Below, piece after piece: positions 11,475 to 24,954 of a DNA stretch of 64,000 bases. Both the position numbers and the translations under genes were made by a program. The stretch's first letter is position 1. Each line of letters opens with the position of its first letter. Origin of the DNA: Chrysomallon squamiferum (Eukaryota; Animalia; Mollusca); contig CM022678.1 in the NCBI GenBank assembly GCA_012295275.1, forward strand, positions 14,322,001-14,386,000. The letters are read 5' to 3'. The notes beneath the pieces were generated by a model. It worked only from the letters and a program-made list of their open reading frames with translations. It was not told where the DNA came from and made no database searches.

Positions 11475-14409
11475 GTATGTATATAAGTATGTATGTTTGT
11501 ATGTATGTATGTATGTTCGAATAGTCAGTCGTAATAATAGGATACCTTAATTTTGTTGTGCAAACTCGGGTTATAAATATAAGCTGAACAGTAATAAATT
11601 ATATCCCTTAATTGTCGCGCCTTTATAATAGTCCGGTGTACAAATGCCATATTTGTGTGCTTAACCTCGTTTTGACTGTTTTTATATATTTTTAAGCATA
11701 AAGAATTCAATGGCATCTATGTTTTTCTCAGGTAATTAGGTTTATAATTTAATACGTTTTGATGTTTTTGGGCATTTTGCCAGGTGACCTTTAGTTTTTT
11801 ATTGTAATGTACATTCAAAATTCGAAGAACTCACAAATGACTTAAATTTGTCTTTATTATCTTTCACTATAACACTAAAACAATGAGCCTTAAGACTTCA
11901 CATTGGTGACACAAACATATTTGACACATACCTTTCTATTCGGCAATAATAAGCATTCGGGCCAGTTCCTCTGAAGTGGCCATCAGAGATGAAGAATCAA
12001 ACTGAAAATTGAGATACCATCCAGAAATGCAGCAAACACAGACATCACAATCATTAGTGGCTCTGCTCTCCTTGGGGTGATACACCGGTCTGGGGTTAGT
12101 ACGATGTAGAATCAGGCAACTGAAACCTATTTAAAGACGGAATCGGTAAGGAGAGAAACAAGATAATTAGGTTAAAATTTAAATTATATTATGTTTTATA
12201 TATTAAACAAATACGCCGTCAATGACAGAGACTATGCTGTATAATTACCACATCAAAACAAATGAAAATATTTTCTTACCAAATCCCATTGCCAAACTCA
12301 AATCATAAAGATTGATTTTTTATTTCTTTTTTACACGAAATTCACCATACTTTGATCGCTGATTAAGCTACCTAAAAATAAATTTAACTGTTCGTCATAT
12401 CGTATGTCTCTGGATGATGATCTCAAGTTCATGGTAAGGTGAAATCACAGATGAAAGATCAAATCGTAACTGAAGTCGTAGTTGAGAAGCATAGAAACAT
12501 CATATGAGAAATCCTAAAGCACTCACTGTTGCTAGCTCTTACAGCATTTGAAAGAACTCTGTCCTGAAAGTTGCAAAATGTGGACCAATTAGACTCCAAA
12601 ACGAGGTTCTGTGGTATTTGTGCCGGACTGTAATCTGTGATGCCCTAGTTAATAAACGTCATGCTTTGGTTTAAAGAAAAAAAAAAAAAAGTTAATGTAA
12701 TAATTGGTGTCAAAGTGTTCACTTGGCGGCCCGGGCTAAAATCCATCACGGGCCGCGAGCAAAGGGTTGCCTACCCCTGATTTACACTGTGATGCATCAA
12801 AAAAAAAAAATATAATAATAATAATAATAATAATACAAATAATTATAAAAATCGTCTTGACGACGTACATTCTGAAGTTACCAATATAAACCGAACTGAT
12901 TACGAACTTCCTTTTATTAAAACATTGTTTCAAGTGAATACCTCTTTTAACATAACAGAATAACTCTTTAATTCTGTTGTTCCGTCTTTTATAAACAGTA
13001 CTTCTGATAATAAAATTTAATGTTAATAATAATATAAACTGGCTTTTGTTAACAAAATTTTATTTTCGCGCCATATCAAATTGTCAGTATAAACTGTTCT
13101 TTTCGTTGTTGTGGTTATTGTTGTTGTTATTGTTGTTGTTGTTATTATTTGTTTTGTTGTTAACGTTAATCATATTTCAGCTACATCTGCAGACTGTAAA
13201 AGATGATATACATTATTATACACTGTTTTACAGCACTGTTTATCTGAAAACAACAATGGCGATCTCACTAACATATACAGCTGCTGCAACAACGACCTCT
13301 GCAACATTTTGAATTATACTAAAAACGAAACACAGACAACAGCTTCGTTGACCAATGCGACAATAAAAGTATCAAAACTAACTACAATAGCTAAGACTTC
13401 AACTAAACTTTCGACTACCACATCTTTTTCAACAACGACAATATCCACAACCCCAACAACAGCATATTATCGTGAGAAGTAACATTATTTTGATTAGTGC
13501 GTCTCTCTGTGTGTATGGGTGTGTGTGTGTGTGTGTGTCTGTGTGTGTGTGCGTGTGTGTGTGTGCGTGTGTGTGTGCGCGCGCGCGTGTGCAGTCAGGA
13601 AGGAAATGTGACTGAGATTAATGTATCATGCGCTGATCAGTCTGATTTGAAACAATTTATTATTTATTAAGAATACTTTTCTGTAAACATTTTATTAAAT
13701 TTGTCTTTCAGCTTGTTTTAAAAACTGGGTGATAGGACCAAACAGCTGTTACATCTTCAACAACAGCCACGTCCCCTGGAATTTAGCACGTGCAATCTGT
13801 GGCAGTGATGGTGGGGACCTCGTCTCAATCAATGACATTAGTGAAGATAATTTTATTATGAATCATTTAGTTCATGTAGACAGTACGTATATCTCAGTAT
13901 TTCTATTTTAAAAAACCGTAATTTACTAAGCTGTAGCTTTAATATATTTATATCAGCTTGCGCATTTTCTCTAGGTTTCTGAACATACGATGCACTGCGA
14001 TTACTAAAATTTTGGAAATTACATTTATCAGAGAAACACCACTTGACGTTATCGTTTTTTCTTCTTTATTAATATTACCATAATCTTTACCATAATCATA
14101 TTTTTCTTCAACTTCTTATTTTTTCTTCTTCTTCTTCTTTAAGGTAATTTTTCATCTCAATTAACATTTTGGGTCGGAGGTAGATACGATTTTCCAGCTG
14201 ACAAGTGGATGTGGGTTGATTCGTCACCTGTACTGTTTACCCGCTGGAGCCACAATGAACCGAGCAGTGTAAATCACGGCTACGACTACATCGCTGTCGT
14301 GGATTCAAAGATGAGGACAGATTCGCCATCGGACTGGGAATGGGTTTCAATGAAAAACAATACAGATCTACCCTTTATCTGCGAACAGTCGTTCAGATCA
14401 GTAATTTAG
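10611..14409 (+). CDS. Secreted protein: signal peptide + Ly6/uPAR (three-finger) domain + Thr-rich stalk + C-type lectin domain, 298 aa
   Basis: Exons 10611-10671, 10944-11029, 11242-11316, 13234-13471, 13712-13882, 14144-14409 (897 nt, in frame). The 10-Cys module runs VCFDC...C...C...VC...AC...HC...CCNNDLCN. Lectin-domain hallmarks are SCY, WNLARAIC, DLVSI, FWVGG, WMWVD, FTRW..NEPS and PFICE. Confidence 0.85.
12713..12779 (-). mobile_element. hAT-like DNA transposon terminus (fragment)
   Basis: GC-rich end ...GGCGGCCCGGGC...CGGGCCGCG...GGTTGCCTACCCCTG; its reverse complement CAGGGGTAGGCAAC matches typical hAT/Charlie TIRs. I could not locate the partner end. Confidence 0.55.
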
Positions 14410-15029
14410 AAACATTATATTTACTATATTATCAAATAAATAGAATTTGAAAATAAAATTGTATTATTATTTTATTCATTTCCTTTGGTTAACTAGATCG
14501 TTAAGCGATTTGGTGAATAAACTAGAAGCCGCCTTTGCCGACATTTCAAGCATATTCAATCGGTAGTGGGTTTGTGTCAATCATTTTTAGATATTGTGTT
14601 AAGGTCACCTTTGCACCGTTTTTAACATTTTTAGTGTGATGTGTGTGTATATGTGTGTATGTGTGTGTATATGTATGTGTGTGCTTGTGATTGTTTTTAT
14701 TATTCTGAATAAAGAATGGTATAAGGGAATTACAACTTGATAACTTTGTTTTAATTTGTATATCCCTTGCTTATTAAAACACATAAAAAAATATAATCAG
14801 CGAAAAATTGATAACATTGTTTAATATGGGATGCAGAATAAGGTATAAATTTATAGCTGAAATGTAAAGTGTTGGATATTCAGAACGCTATTAAATTAAA
14901 ATTTAGTTTTAATACTGACCGACAGTGAGAACGAGAGTGAGAATGGGTAATGTGAAAAGTAAAGCAAAATCTAAATTGAGAGAGAGTGCCTGGAGCTCTT
15001 CTCTATAGTAGGGAAAATAACACATAATG

Positions 15030-15043
15030 CCGGAAGCGGAAGT
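15030..15043 (+). promoter_or_regulatory. Tandem ETS (GABP-type) motifs at the ERGIC3 promoter
   Basis: CCGGAAGCGGAAGT about 100 nt upstream of the ERGIC3 ATG. Confidence 0.6.
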
Positions 15044-15136
15044 TTGCCTAGACACGCTGGTTGTTTTGATTTGTTGAGTAACTACTTTCAATTTTGTGGT
15101 ATTTTCAAAACTGTGCACTGCGTTTTTTATTTTAAT

Positions 15137-18100
15137 ATGCAAGTAAAAACTGTGTTTGAACGGCTTCGTCATTTCGATGCATATCCAAAAACTTTGGAAG
15201 ATTTTCGAGTGAAAACATTTGGTGGAGCAGCGGGTAATGCATTACACTAACCTAAGAAACATCAAATTCTCATTACTTTTTGACATTTCTGATTCATTTT
15301 TCTGAGTTCAGTGTTTAGCGATTGGATCTAATGATATATTGTAATCTTTATTTAGACGAATAGTGACTTTCCTGTCTTCTGTCATTTCTGTCGTTATTCT
15401 ACTTTTCTGTTTACACAGAACTTGACATCTTGTACTAATAATAACATTAATTGGTACATAAGTCCAAACCAGCTTAATAAATTTTATGACCATTATTATT
15501 TAGTATAATAAATATTGTGCATTAAAAGTAAAAATATTATTTTAAACTCTCCATATTGGATACCTTCTGTTATGAAATAATTGAAACTAATGCTTAATTA
15601 TTATAAGAAAACAGGAACATAATTGCATCATTAATTGATTACATTTTCCTTAATTCATTAAAAGATTAAATTGAGTCAGTGAGATGATATGTTATTTTAG
15701 TTATTGTTATATTTTTCCTTACATTCATTCATTGACTTTCTGATATCTCATTATTAATCATGTAATGAGGTAATTATATATATATAAACTCATGTAAACA
15801 AACTTTAAAATATTTTTATTTTATTTTTATTTTTCAGTTACCATTGTCAGTAGTATTTTAATGTTTGTTCTGTTTGTCTCAGAACTAAACTACTACTTGA
15901 CAAAAGATGTTCACTCAGAATTGTTTGTTGATGTATCCAGGGGACAAAAGATAAAGATCAACATTGATATTGTTTTTCATAAACTGCCATGCGCATGTAT
16001 GTTTAATATATCATTAAATATGTAAAAAGTAAATATTCATTTAACACCAAGCGAGGTTTTACTACTGATAGTTATAACTGTTAAAGTCTTCTTGCATAAA
16101 TGACTGTGCTTGCAATCCTAAACTGATTAATAATACCTTTGAGATATGTTAGTTTTAGCAAACTTGTTGGAACTGGAAATAGCTAGTGAGTGTATTAAGG
16201 AGGATTGATCTGATAATGATTATCACTTAATCTGTTTATCATGATTTAAACTTTCAAGTTAAGAAACTATAAGCTGATATTTCATTGGTTGGTAAATGAT
16301 TTTTATTAGGATTGCATATAAAAAAAATGGTATTCTTAGCATTTTATAACTAAAAACAGACAGAACACATTTGATATAATATATTTGAAATACTACTTGT
16401 TTTGAAATTGACCAGACATCTCCTATTGCTTTTGTAACAATTTCTGGTGCATTTTTCTGTTGCTTCTTTTTTCTGCATTTTTCTTGTACCATGTGCATAA
16501 TGTGATAAAAGTTTCATCATCTTCATACAGTGTGTTTTGTATTTCTGTTAAAACTGTGTTTGCAACCCATGAGTCACCATGTTCTGTCTGTTATATCTAA
16601 TGATCTATCAGGTTATTCTATAAAGTTTGTTTTTTTACTTTTATTTTTAATGTCACAGATCTAAGTATAGATGCTATGGATGTGTCAGGGGAACAGCAGA
16701 TTGATGTAGATCACAATTTAATGAAACAGAGAATTGACTTACAAGGAAATTACATAAATGAAAATCCAGAAAAACAAGGTTAGTTTCTGTTTGGAGAATA
16801 TTTGTTATTTACTGTGATTACTTAATCTGGTTTGTCAGTTTTTTTTTTCTAAAATTTTTAAAAGAGCATTTTGGTCACTTTTAAAATAAAAATTTCAGTT
16901 CATTTCACTCACTATCATACTTGTACACATATATTGAAATGAGCGAGGTGAATTAATTAAAAAATGTTTACTATACTTACTATTATTAGAATCAATATTT
17001 ATATCTCTCATTTTCTAGATCTTGGACACACAGAATCTGTACCATCAGAAAAGGTAAAAGATTTAATTAATCTATTAATACTCTACATGTGCTTCTGTTG
17101 CATAGGTAGTTTTATATTCATTACTCCTGTGTGTAACTGGTGAAAGTTACTTTTGTGTTTCTTAATTAGAAAGTCCATATCTTGTTTCTTATTTTATTTG
17201 TAAAGTAAAGTTTGTAAAACTAATGAGTTAAAGGGCATACTAATGGCATTATAAAAATATAAAAATAATATTTCAAGATTTGTGGAAGTTCATGATAATT
17301 AACGAAAACAAAGTAAACAATGTATATGTTAACAGTTTATAAAAGAGATTCTCAATAAATAAGGTTTATATTTTTACACTGATATGGCCTAGAAAGACAA
17401 TGATCATCTTTAGTCAGAAAAGGAATCCTAGTCACGGTAGTGTTAGACAACACACAAACTATAGCTGATATTTAATAATAGGAACTAATCCTATAAAAAT
17501 GTTTAAATACTGCCTTCGCAGATAACCCAGAAGATAGGATTAATTTGAAAGATACATTTTATACTGTGTTTAGTTCCTTGAACTTTTTTGTTGAATTTAG
17601 AATACAACATTACTCGATCCTAATAGATGTGAAAGTTGTTATGGGGCTGAGACACCTGACCTGAAGTAAGTTTGAAAAAATAATTTTTATATGTTTAATG
17701 TATTTCATATTGTTATCCTTTCTGTTTTTTCTTGTAATTATAGAACACAATAATTTAATAAATGCTTAACTTTGATGTTTTTATATGTTTATACAAATCA
17801 TGATAATTGAAGATCTATCAGATTTATCTAACATGGATTAATATGGATTAACAATCTTTTAAAAGTAAAATAAGAAACAAAAACGTCAAAAGTTATATTG
17901 CTAATACTTGTTAAAATTCTTGTATGTTATGTTTGTTTAATGGATAAATGGATATTCTTTTTATTTTATTTAATTATTTAATTTTGTTTTCAAATCTTGT
18001 TACTATAAGTCACAGCAGATGTTTATTAAATTACATTGTTTTGCAGGTGTTGTAATACCTGTGAACTGGTGAGAGAGGCATACAGAAAGAAAGGCTGGGC

Positions 18101-18669
18101 ATTCAACACACCAGAAAGCATAGAACAGTGTGTACGAGAAGGCTGGTCAACCAAAATGTTAGCCCAGAAAAATGAAGGGTGCAGACTGTTTGGGTACTTG
18201 GAGGTCAACAAGGTGTGTTTTGAGTTTTATTTTTATTTCTTTTTTAGCAAAATGCCTGCTTTGACTCAATATAAACTGCAATAGATTTTGTTCCTGGTCT
18301 TCAAATTGGAAACTGTTATTTCTGTTGTCAAAACAAGAGTTATTTTATTCTCTTTTTTTTTTCAAATTATTTTTAAAGATAATTTTAAAGAAAACATTTA
18401 CAGCATGTTCAGAAATTGAAAGAAATCATAGTCAATTAATTGTTATCAAATAGTGTTGAACCAAACATTAATACAGTGTGTATATTATATAAATAGTAAT
18501 AACCAATGTTTGTACAAACCAAATCATTTTAACATAACACTTAAAATACATTCTTGTGATGGTAATTCAAGCGACCAAATTCATATTTTTCCACTTCAAA
18601 TATATTCACTGGTACAAAACTAATTATTTCACGTTGTTCATATATTTCAGTTTTTCACACTGAGAGATA

Positions 18670-18713
<44 letters not shown>

Positions 18714-21700
18714 TCTGAACTGAATATATGCTTGCTTTTCATTGCATAGTGGGTTTTTTACTTTCAAACATTGCATCACACTGTATTCTAATTATTTCTT
18801 GACAAATGTTTAAAAATAAATTATACATGGCCACAAATAACTATTTCCAATTAAACTTTTAACAGATATTATTGCTTTTTTTTAATTGTTTTATCTGTTT
18901 TAGGTTGCTGGTAACTTCCATGTTGCACCTGGAAAAAGTTTTCAACAGCATCATGTGCATGGTAATATTATTTGCAAAAGAAAAGTTAAGATTAAAAAGT
19001 AATACTTAAGTAAACATTTTTATTATAAATGCATTTTGCTGGGCAAAACAAAACATCTGTAGTGAAGAATTGTTTTAACATCCATATTAAATGACACTTA
19101 GTATTACAGTTTCACAAATTTCAGTGAATAAAAACATTTGTTTTTCAGTTCATGATTTGCAGGCTTTTGGTGGACAGAAGGTAAATCTGTTAATTTTACA
19201 AATCTTAATCAGAAAAAAACTAACATTTTCTATTTTGTTATCAAGAAGATCAAAACTTGTTATTTTATTTGGGGTTAGTGTCAGTTTTAAAGAATAAATT
19301 ATTGGAATAAAGCTCAGGAATGTAACTTGTGATATAATGTTAAATTAATGGTAAATCACAACATTGATTCGACCAGTTTCACTAGCAGTCCATTTCCTTC
19401 ATATTAGACTTTTTCTTTTACAGTTTAACATATCTCACACAATTAACCACTTATCATTTGGCAATGATTATCCAGGAATTCTCAATCCACTGGATGGTCT
19501 TAAACAGATTGCTGCTGAAGGTTAGTTGACTGTTATCATTGATAGATATTTTATTTCATTTAGTGCTATGAAGACATAAACATCTTATTAAAAAAATACA
19601 AATTTCTTAAGTTTTCTAAATAATTCTGTAACATTATAATTTTCTGATTTTCATAAAAAAGTAAACATTCATTTTTTCAATTTAGCTTTTAAAATTTATT
19701 TTTAGTGAGCTTACATTAAACTGCAATAAAACAGGTTTGTTTGCTTAATTTTTTTTTTAAATAACTCATTCATTGATCATGTCGCTGTAAGTTCAGGCAG
19801 GTCTAGGACATCACTAAATTAGCACTATGGCAGCAAATTTAAATACAACTATTTTTTATTGTTTGTTTTAATTGTTTAATAAGTTTGGTCTATTTGAATA
19901 TACCTAATATTCTTTCTATGTTTAGTGGTATTGTCACATATAATCATATGATCAAGTTGTAAGTTATCTGAAATATTAACACATTTTTGGTTTTGTTTCC
20001 ACACTCCTACAATACATCATGTGATTTCTTTTAATGATCGAGTGTTTTTCAGCTCCTGACATAGTTTTTACTCTTTACATCACCATCTAAAAATTTGCTA
20101 CTTTGGGATACCTTACTTTATACCTTTTATTTTTTAAACATAAAGTTGATTTTCAGATTTACTTTATTTATGCTCAAATTAGTATGATAATTTGTGGTTT
20201 TTGATTAACAGAGAAAAGTTTTTAAAAACTGTCTTGAAATGAGTTGTAAATAGTTCAGTTTCTGTTAGCACCTACATTCAAAATGTGAAGGAGATCTACA
20301 GCTCTATCACCTGTGGATCAGTAGGGCTATTTCTCATTCTGCAACTCTGATAACAAATGGCATGGTATGTACTGTCCTGTCTGAGGCACAGTGAACTTAA
20401 CAAGATCCCATACTGCAAAACATAAATAATTATTTTAATAAGAACTAAACTAGGATACCTCACTTGTGACACATGTATTTCTTAACCATATAGAGTAAAT
20501 AAAATGTATCCTTCAATTAATTAATCTGGGCTGCACACAACAAAGACTACTGATGTAGAGATGATAGTCATGCTAATTCCATTTTGGCTGAAATGGTATT
20601 GGAAACACAAAGAAATCACTTTATTAGATTATTTATTAATAATTACATTGAAGAATTTTACAGTTGTTAACAAGACTTCTTGAAAAAAATGTCTGTACAT
20701 AGTTTTACAAAAATACTATGTCCTGTTCTCTAGAAAATGCAGCATCACAACGTCCTTAGTAAGTGAATGAAAACACAAAAATCAGGTTCAGCACCGTATT
20801 CCTGTGCCAATACCCATGAACGTTCCAAATGTGCCTCCACCCTGAATCATTGTCTTCCCAACTTGCTGAATGAATTCCCGTCCTCTCATTCCATACCTGG
20901 AAACAAAAAAACAATGGTTTCAGCATGTTTTAAATCACTTTTGTTAAGCTAATATAAATTATACCTCCGCTTACACCAAAATGTATTTTGCAGCAGCTAA
21001 TAAATATGGTCATTTCACTGTTATAAGTAGTTGTTAGTATGTTACACATACATATATTTGTTTTATTACCTGAAAGCAGTAAAACCTCCAAATATTGCTC
21101 CTGATGCCATACCAACACAGAATCCCATCATGAAACCTATTTTAATTTTGTCCCAGCATGATGGTCGACCCACAGAATACCCACTTGGTGGTGGAACTGG
21201 CATTATTCAGTGTATCACTTTGTAAACTTAGAGTATTCCTTAAAAAGAACAGTTAAAATATGAGCATCCTAATAGTAAAATTCAACAGTACCTCTTATAA
21301 ATATTAATGAATACGATATGTTAAAATTAAAAGTAATGTAATCAATAATGTGTTATGAAGTTTTATGAAATATTACGTTTTCACGGCTATTACTTTTTCT
21401 GATAACTTACATCAATTTCTTTCAGTAACTCATAGTTATAAGTAGTTAATAAGTAGTGTATATTTTACAAATGCTATTTTTATATTCTTGCACAAAATAA
21501 TTAACACTACAGATTTACACTGTAAATCTTTTAGGAAGTTAAAAAGTTTAAAATAATAGAGAAACAAGAAAATAAATCGAGTCCATTATTGCAATAAAAA
21601 TACAGACGTGAAATTAAATAATTATGCGGTTCAGGGCAAGATGAACTGTAGCGCGAAATCTTACGAAATTCGCAAATACAGCCACAGTGACAGATTTCAG

Positions 21701-21966
21701 ACGTACATGCACTGTTCAGTATTTAAAACGAATGTTTTTATTAAATTCGTCATTTATCAATTATGCTACATAAAGTGAAACTCTGAGAGCATTACCTTTG
21801 TCGTTATCAAGACGAGTATATGATGCACGTGTTTGTTGTTTTGTTTTTACCCCCTTCACTTTTCAGCCATTATTACCTCTACATCTATTTCCGGTTAGCC
21901 GATCACGTTTCCGATTTGGTCTAAAAAGCCATCACGCCAAATGCCAAGAAACTCGACAACGTTCAA

Positions 21967-22018
<52 letters not shown>

Positions 22019-23873
22019 AATTTTGGAAAATATATCAATAAAATTAATGTGTTTAAAAAATAATAATAATAATATATATATATATATATATGATTAATGT
22101 TTTTAGTTCAATTTTGGACCAGAATTTCTGAATTCATTTAACATTTACAGATCAGATGATGTTCCAGTATTTTGTGAAAGTTGTTCCTACTATATACATC
22201 TACACTGGTGGGAAGGTAAGTAATGGAAATAGTAAATTGAAAGATCATGAAAGTTAAATTGAATAATTCAGTTAACTGCAGTTTGTATTAGGTTCATGAA
22301 CACATATTTTATTTGCTAAATTAATCTCTTCTTTATATTAAAATTTTGATTGTGTGTCTGTGTGTCTTTCAGGCTAACTAATGTTCTAGTAAGATATGAT
22401 TAGTTGCAGGCAATTCAGTTTTTTTCATTAGTTTTTTTTCATTTTCTTACCTTTTTTTTCTTTCCCAGACATTGTACACCAACCAGTATTCTGTGACAAA
22501 ACATTCCAAGACTGTTTCCCAGGGTACTGGAGAGAGTGGTTTGCCAGGTGTATTTTTCATGTATGAACTCTCACCAATGATGGTTAAATATACAGAGAAA
22601 CACAGGTGAGTTGAAGTGACAATAAATATTTTAATAAATTTATGCAACATGTTGTGTTAGAATTAATTGACTGGATATAGATTGTTTATTTAGATATTTT
22701 TGTATTATATTCATGAAAATTTATATTTCCTGAAAAAGTAATTATTTAATTATTTGTTTGTTATTTATTTATTTATTTATTTATCTTATTAGGAGTATCT
22801 TTGAAAAAATATCCACTTGGTTCAAAAAAAATTAAAATTAACAAACAAATTTAAACAAAGAAATGTAACCATAATGAAATTTAAAGGTGATATTGTACCA
22901 GGATGAAAATATTCTTTTATTTTGTAATGTGGTCATTTATAAAATTGACACTTTGTGATAACTGCTCTAATAATGTCTTTTTTTTGTTGAATGATTGTGA
23001 TTGGATTGTTTCTTCCAAATATGTTTTTTTTCAATACTTTAATTATTTTATTTTTTATTATTATTATTTTATTTATTTGTTTTTTTTATTATTATTATTT
23101 TAGTTATTTATATTTTATTAATTATTTTTTTTGCCTATATTTATCTGTGTTATTAAAGACATGTTGTGGTTACGTTTTACACAGTGTGTAGATTTCGTGA
23201 TAAACTTTATTTCTTTCCAAAATTATTAAACAAGAAAATCAGTTCAGTGATTAGAATACAGAAGAAATAATATTAAGCTGAAAAGTTTGGGTTAGAATTT
23301 AAATTTTTTATAAATAATATTTAAATTATATTGCTGCCAAATGTCAGTATCTTCACATTTTCTTCACAGATCTTTTATGCATTTTCTAACTGGAGTGTGT
23401 GCAATCATAGGAGGAGTGTTTACAGGTATGTAATATGTTATTTAATCAGTGTAATTCAAAATTTTCAAAAGTGGAAAGTTTTTGAATATTGTTTATACTT
23501 TTATTGTTTCTCTGTTCATCTGAATTTTCCTTTCTCAGATATCAGATCTCATAATTGATCAAGTAAAAATGAAAAAAGTATATTTTAGACTGACAGACCA
23601 ACAGATATGTATAACTAAGAGTAAATGTTAGATTTTCTAATTTTTAGTTTTTAATATTATTTGTTACATATATATATATATATATATATATATGTAACAA
23701 ATAATATTAAAATTTAAAAATTTGAAAATCTATTTATATATATATAATTTCTTTTATTATTATTATTAATTTTTTTTTTTTTTTTTAATTCAGTGGCAGG
23801 ACTAATAGATGCTATGATTTACCACTCCGCTCGTGTTATACAACAAAAGATTGATCTTGGCAAATTTTCATGA
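15137..23873 (+). CDS. ERGIC3: Endoplasmic reticulum-Golgi intermediate compartment protein 3, 388 aa
   Basis: 13 exons: 15137-15233, 15838-15996, 16659-16778, 17019-17053, 17601-17665, 18047-18212, 18904-18961, 19149-19180, 19424-19520, 22151-22215, 22469-22605, 23370-23425, 23794-23873 (1167 nt). Motifs: [103 protein letters not shown]. Confidence 0.97.
20788..21203 (-). CDS. ROMO1: Reactive oxygen species modulator 1 (Mgr2 family), 80 aa, nested antisense in ERGIC3 intron 9
   Basis: Exons 21203-21070 and 20896-20788 give [81 protein letters not shown] probable 5'UTR exon has its donor near 21795, and a CCGGAA motif (- strand) lies at ~21890. Confidence 0.96.
23630..23731. repeat. Near-perfect 102-bp palindrome centred on a (TA)n tract
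   Basis: Arms agattttctaatttttagtttttaatattatttgttacata / tatgtaacaaataatattaaaatttaaaaatttgaaaatct, with about 3 mismatches. Confidence 0.85.
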
Positions 23874-24954
23874 GCATAATTAATTGAAATCCAGGTTTCC
23901 ATTTGTAAAAAATTTCACTGTATTTATAGTACATAAATACCGTTTCCTTTTTCTTTTCTGTTTGCTAACTGGAATGCACAGTGGGAATAAAAAACTAAAA
24001 CAGAATTTGTTACTCATAGAACTAATCCAAACTATTGTTAACAGAAGTGAAATCCACAGTTAAGCAATATGTTCTGTAATATTGTATTTTAACATATGGT
24101 TAAGTTCCAATATTTTTTATCTCTAAAATTTATTTCATAGCTAAATTATTATTATTATTAATTTATTTTGCTTCAGTTTAATTACAGAAATATACAAACA
24201 TACGAGACCTATTTACATCAAAATAAGGAGAACATTTATTACCCGTTCCATTCCACACTCTATATTTGATTTTATAAATATATTAGGTATTGTATAATAG
24301 GTTTACTTTGGTCAACTAAATGTTTCTTATAATCAATGAATATTTGATAATGTACATCTTGTTAACCTGAGTATCTCCATTATTAAATCAAAATGCTACA
24401 TTCACTGAGTTTCATTATATCGTTTATTAAACTAGTAGGCAATGAAAATCATGCCAAATTAATAATTCAGGTGTATTTTTCATCATTTTATTTGAAAAGA
24501 TCTGGAGCTGCTTTATACTTTGGTAACGAGTTTCTGTCATTTTAAATTCTGATAGCATATGTGTGAAAACATGTTTGGTTTTCTTATACATCTTTACTAT
24601 GGCTATCATATTTATTTCATAAAAATAATAATAAAGAATTATTATGTTCACATGTGTAATGTACTTTTGCATTAGTACAAGGTGAAAAATAACGTGAAAA
24701 GTGTTCAAAAAATTAAATAATTTGAAGGATGAATTTATTTCTATTAAAATTTTTGTTTTTGGAAGTTTTTTTTAAATTTTATTTATTATATTATTATTTT
24801 ATTTTTGGTTTTATTATTATTTATTTTTAAAATACACTTATTTTTCTTGATAAATTGTTATGGATGCAAATAACATTCAAATTTAACATATTTATTTTAT
24901 TTTTGTTGTTAAATTTAATAACTGGTTGTGAAATAAATGTCATGTTTTAATCTC

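Noticed and set aside
13181-13312. Upstream acceptor at 13180 for lectin exon 4
   Set aside because: It leads to a stop at 13312 and skips the CCNNDLCN frame. The acceptor at 13233 gives the correct frame.
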